In this document: positions 61,293-64,000 of the stretch, piece by piece
How positions within the stretch are numbered: the stretch's first letter is position 1
How the letters are laid out: every line of letters starts with the position of its first letter
Source of the DNA: Arenicella sp.
Lineage (GTDB): Bacteria > Bacteroidota > Bacteroidia > Flavobacteriales > Flavobacteriaceae
Assembly: GCA_047614925.1 (NCBI GenBank)
Contig: JBLHIE010000002.1
Span: 314 to 64,313, forward strand
Length of the DNA: 64,000 nt
Direction: 5' to 3'
Position numbers and translations under genes: made by a program
The notes under the pieces: model-generated
What the model was told of the DNA's origin: nothing
The model's database searches: none
Seen by the model: only the letters and a program-made list of their open reading frames with translations

Positions 61293-62684
61293 CTAAATAT
61301 TTTCCGCTAAAATCAGCGCTTTCTTTAAAGCTGCCAACTTATTATTTACTTCCTGTAATTCTTTTGCTTCTTCTGAATGAATTACAATTCCTGCACCTGC
61401 TTGCGAATACAAAACATTGTTTTTACTTACAAAAGAACGAATGGCAATTGCCAAATTTATAGAACCATCTAAACCAATAATACCAACTGCACCGCCGTAA
61501 AAGCCACGTGTCTGGTTTTCATATTTGTTAATCAGCTGCATTGCCTTGTATTTTGGCGCACCACTTAAGGTTCCTGCCGGAAACGTGTCTCCTGCAATTT
61601 CTATCGGATTTCCTCTTAACTTTCCAGAAACTGTAGATACCAAATGAATTACATGACTAAAGTATTGTACTTCTTTAAAAACATCTACCGTTACATTGGC
61701 CGCATGTTTGCTTAAATCGTTTCTTGCCAAGTCTACCAGCATAACGTGCTCTGCAGTTTCCTTTTTGTCTTCAGATAATTTTTTACCCAATTTTCGGTCA
61801 GCAACAATATCTCCAGTTCTTCTAAAGGTTCCTGCAATCGGATTGATGGTTGCTCTTCCTTCTGAGATCTTAATTTGTGCTTCTGGTGAAGAACCCATTA
61901 ATTTGAAACTTCCGTAATCGAAATAAAACAAATAGGGCGACGGATTTATAGAACGCAATGCTCTGTAAACATTAAACTCGTCTCCTTTAAATTCCTGTTG
62001 AAATTGACGCGATAAAACCAGCTGAAAAACATCTCCTCTTTTACAATGCGCTTTTGCTCTCCTTACATATTCTTTAAATTCTTCTCCTGTAACATTTGAA
62101 GTCTCCTCTCCTACAATTTCGAATTTCTGGGTATTAAATGCTTGTGCGTCTATAATTGTTTGCACCTCATGCATACGAGATGCTGTGCCTTCCTCTATAT
62201 TTTCTATCACCGTCATTTCGTCATTAAAATGATTAATGGCAATAACAAATCGATAAAAACTATATTGCATTTCTGGAATTGCAGAAGGTGCTTTTTTATT
62301 GTTGAATTTTATATTTTCGAAATACTGAACAGAATCGAACGTAGTATACCCATACAAACCATTGTGAGACTTCAATGCTGCCGGACACTCTAATACCAGT
62401 GAATTGGTGAATTTGTCAAATAACTGATAAAAGTTTTTATTGATAGGTTGACTGTCAATTTGAGTTCCTTTATGAGAAACTGTAAACCGATAATCGTCTA
62501 CTTGCATGCTCACTATTGGTTCAATCGCAATAAAAGAGAAACTCTCTTCTTTACTGTGATAATCTGAACTTTCTAGCAAAAGCGTATTTGCATATTTGTC
62601 TCTAAAGCGTAAATACAAGCCTACAGGCGTTACGGTGTCTGCAATCTTTGTTTTATGAATTGTTTTGAAATGTATATTCTTCAT
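61293..62684 (-). CDS. trpE: Anthranilate synthase component I
   Basis: LLES, GDVFQ.VLS, NPSPY, SSPE, PIAGT, AEH.MLVDLARND, PAGTLSGAPK. Confidence 0.97.
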   Translation of the reverse strand: MKNIHFKTIHKTKIADTVTPVGLYLRFRDKYANTLLLESSDYHSKEESFSFIAIEPIVSMQVDDYRFTVSHKGTQIDSQPINKNFYQLFDKFTNSLVLECPAALKSHNGLYGYTTFDSVQYFENIKFNNKKAPSAIPEMQYSFYRFVIAINHFNDEMTVIENIEEGTASRMHEVQTIIDAQAFNTQKFEIVGEETSNVTGEEFKEYVRRAKAHCKRGDVFQLVLSRQFQQEFKGDEFNVYRALRSINPSPYLFYFDYGSFKLMGSSPEAQIKISEGRATINPIAGTFRRTGDIVADRKLGKKLSEDKKETAEHVMLVDLARNDLSKHAANVTVDVFKEVQYFSHVIHLVSTVSGKLRGNPIEIAGDTFPAGTLSGAPKYKAMQLINKYENQTRGFYGGAVGIIGLDGSINLAIAIRSFVSKNNVLYSQAGAGIVIHSEEAKELQEVNNKLAALKKALILAENI

Positions 62685-62696
62685 TTTATAGAATTG

Positions 62697-62727
62697 AAAA
62701 AGGCTTATCGTGAGATAAGCCTTTTTT
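62697..62727 (-). terminator. trp attenuator terminator
   Basis: AAAAAGGCTTATC-tcac-GATAAGCCTTTTT on the minus strand, between the leader and trpE. Confidence 0.85.
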
Positions 62728-62755
62728 ATATTTTTAATATAGGTTTAGTTCTCAC

Positions 62756-62806
62756 TTATGCATTAAGAGAGTTCCACCACCAAGTATTTTTTGAGTATAG
62801 TTTCAT
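62756..62806 (-). CDS. trpL: trp leader peptide MKLYSKNTWWWNSLNA
   Basis: Three consecutive TGG codons upstream of the terminator and trpE. Confidence 0.9.
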   Translation of the reverse strand: MKLYSKNTWWWNSLNA

Positions 62807-62813
62807 TATGACA

Positions 62814-62821
62814 CAAAAATA
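62814..62821 (-). promoter_or_regulatory. Bacteroidetes -7 promoter element of the trp operon
   Basis: TATTTTTG (TAnnTTTG) 7 nt before the leader ATG. Confidence 0.65.
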
Positions 62822-63086
62822 AGGCAGATTTTTAAACTAAACAACCTTTATTTTAAATTATTTTTCGGTGCCGAATTTCATAACTTTCTTAAACGAGCAT
62901 TTCTTTGAACGAGTGCCTCTAAATTATGAATTATCGTACTCATTAAAAAGGAACGCCAGCGCAGAAATAAGAACAAAGCTTTATGGTCTTTCCGAAAAGA
63001 GAAATCTCTAATACATAAATCATATGAACGTAACTTCTCCTATCGCCAAAGTGATACCGCTTATAAATGAAATCGATATCTTTTGT

Positions 63087-64000
63087 TTATTTCCGAAGAA
63101 TCCTCACATTCATTTCTTCTACCTTTTTATCTGATAAAATTGACGGCGCATTGAATAATAAATCCTCTGAAGAACCTGTTTTTGGAAACGCCATTACTTC
63201 TCTAATCGATGCTTTCTTTTCTAAAATCATCATTAAACGATCTAATCCCCAAGCAATTCCACCGTGCGGTGGTGCACCGTATTGAAACGCTTTGTGCATG
63301 GTGCCCACACTTTTCATCATTTCCTCTTTATTGTATCCCATGTTTTTATACGTTGCTTCTAGAATCTCTGCTTTGTGTGCACGCACAGAACCTCCACCAA
63401 TCTCAAATCCGTTTAAAATTAAATCGTATTGTTGGGCAATAATAGTTCCTATTTCGGCGTCTTTTCCGTTCATGTGCTTCTCTAAGTCATAGATAGCTGG
63501 CATCGAAAACGGATTGTGGGTAAACGTCCATCTTCCTTCTTCTGTCTTTTCAAACATCGGGAAATCGACTACCCAAGCCGGTCTTAATTCTTTTGGATTG
63601 ATGAGTTTTAGAATGCTTCCCATTTCTTGACGCACCGCATCTAAGGCTTTGTTTGCCGTTGCATAATCTGCTGCTGAGAAAAACACAATATCACCAACCT
63701 GGGCAGCTGTAACTTTTATAATATTCGCTGCAATTTCTTCGCCTAAAAACTTAATAATTGGCGATTGTAAATCGTTTTCATTTACAATGATATACGCCAA
63801 TCCGCCCAAGCCATTTTGCTGCGCAATGGCCGTTAAGTTTTCAATTTGCCCTTTAGACATTCTCTTGTTTCCTTGCTCTTTTGCAGAAACCTTAATACAT
63901 TTAACAATGCCGCCTGCATCAATTGGTTTACTAAAGACTTGGAATGTTGTCTCTTTTACGATGTCTGTAATATCCTGCATTTGCAAACCATAACGTAAAT
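63087..64000 (-). CDS. aspS: Aspartate--tRNA ligase, C-terminal part (5' end outside window)
   Basis: WVVDFPMFE, HNPF, QYDLILNGFEIGGGSVR, YGAPPHGGIAWGLDRL, IREV.AFPKT. Confidence 0.93.
   Translation of the reverse strand, partial: LRYGLQMQDITDIVKETTFQVFSKPIDAGGIVKCIKVSAKEQGNKRMSKGQIENLTAIAQQNGLGGLAYIIVNENDLQSPIIKFLGEEIAANIIKVTAAQVGDIVFFSAADYATANKALDAVRQEMGSILKLINPKELRPAWVVDFPMFEKTEEGRWTFTHNPFSMPAIYDLEKHMNGKDAEIGTIIAQQYDLILNGFEIGGGSVRAHKAEILEATYKNMGYNKEEMMKSVGTMHKAFQYGAPPHGGIAWGLDRLMMILEKKASIREVMAFPKTGSSEDLLFNAPSILSDKKVEEMNVRILRK

Noticed and set aside
1-64000. CRISPR array, tRNA or rRNA genes, prophage
   Set aside because: No regularly spaced repeats or phage genes were seen; the only tRNA-like arm belongs to tmRNA.

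Overview
AT-rich chromosomal window from a marine Flavobacteriaceae, probably Polaribacter/Tenacibaculum-like. This is inferred from the SusC/D pairs, a T9SS C-terminal domain, TAnnTTTG promoters and the tmRNA tag GEDNYALAA. Positions 1-15.8 kb hold a tandem susC/susD array with no CAZymes: an upstream susD end, a frameshifted susC pseudogene, an M14 peptidase pseudogene, two intact pairs and what looks like the scar of a deleted pair. The susC upstream regions share a positioned motif, and a ~160 bp direct repeat flanks the last pair. Positions 15.9-37.7 kb are mostly housekeeping and envelope genes (rlmB, rarA, yjjG, a glycosyltransferase/flippase/deacetylase cluster, radC, trkAH, a T9SS substrate, a Mur ligase, kdsA). 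At 37.8-40.8 kb is ssrA followed by a decayed island: an IS110 3' remnant abuts a promoterless lipoprotein gene bracketed by integron-cassette-like inverted sites, and a probable degenerate ssrA 3' copy lies at the far end. Positions 41-54 kb carry glycosyltransferases, a 2OG oxygenase, an FtsE-like ATPase, a TPR plus beta-barrel pair, peptidases and an FKBP. Positions 54-62.8 kb are a trp operon with a WWW leader attenuator, three tightly coupled non-trp passenger genes (DUF3050/heme-oxygenase-like protein, a DNA glycosylase, an unannotated 58-aa membrane protein) and REP-like palindromes. The window ends in an atypical aspS. All calls come from reading the sequence by eye; no searches were run.
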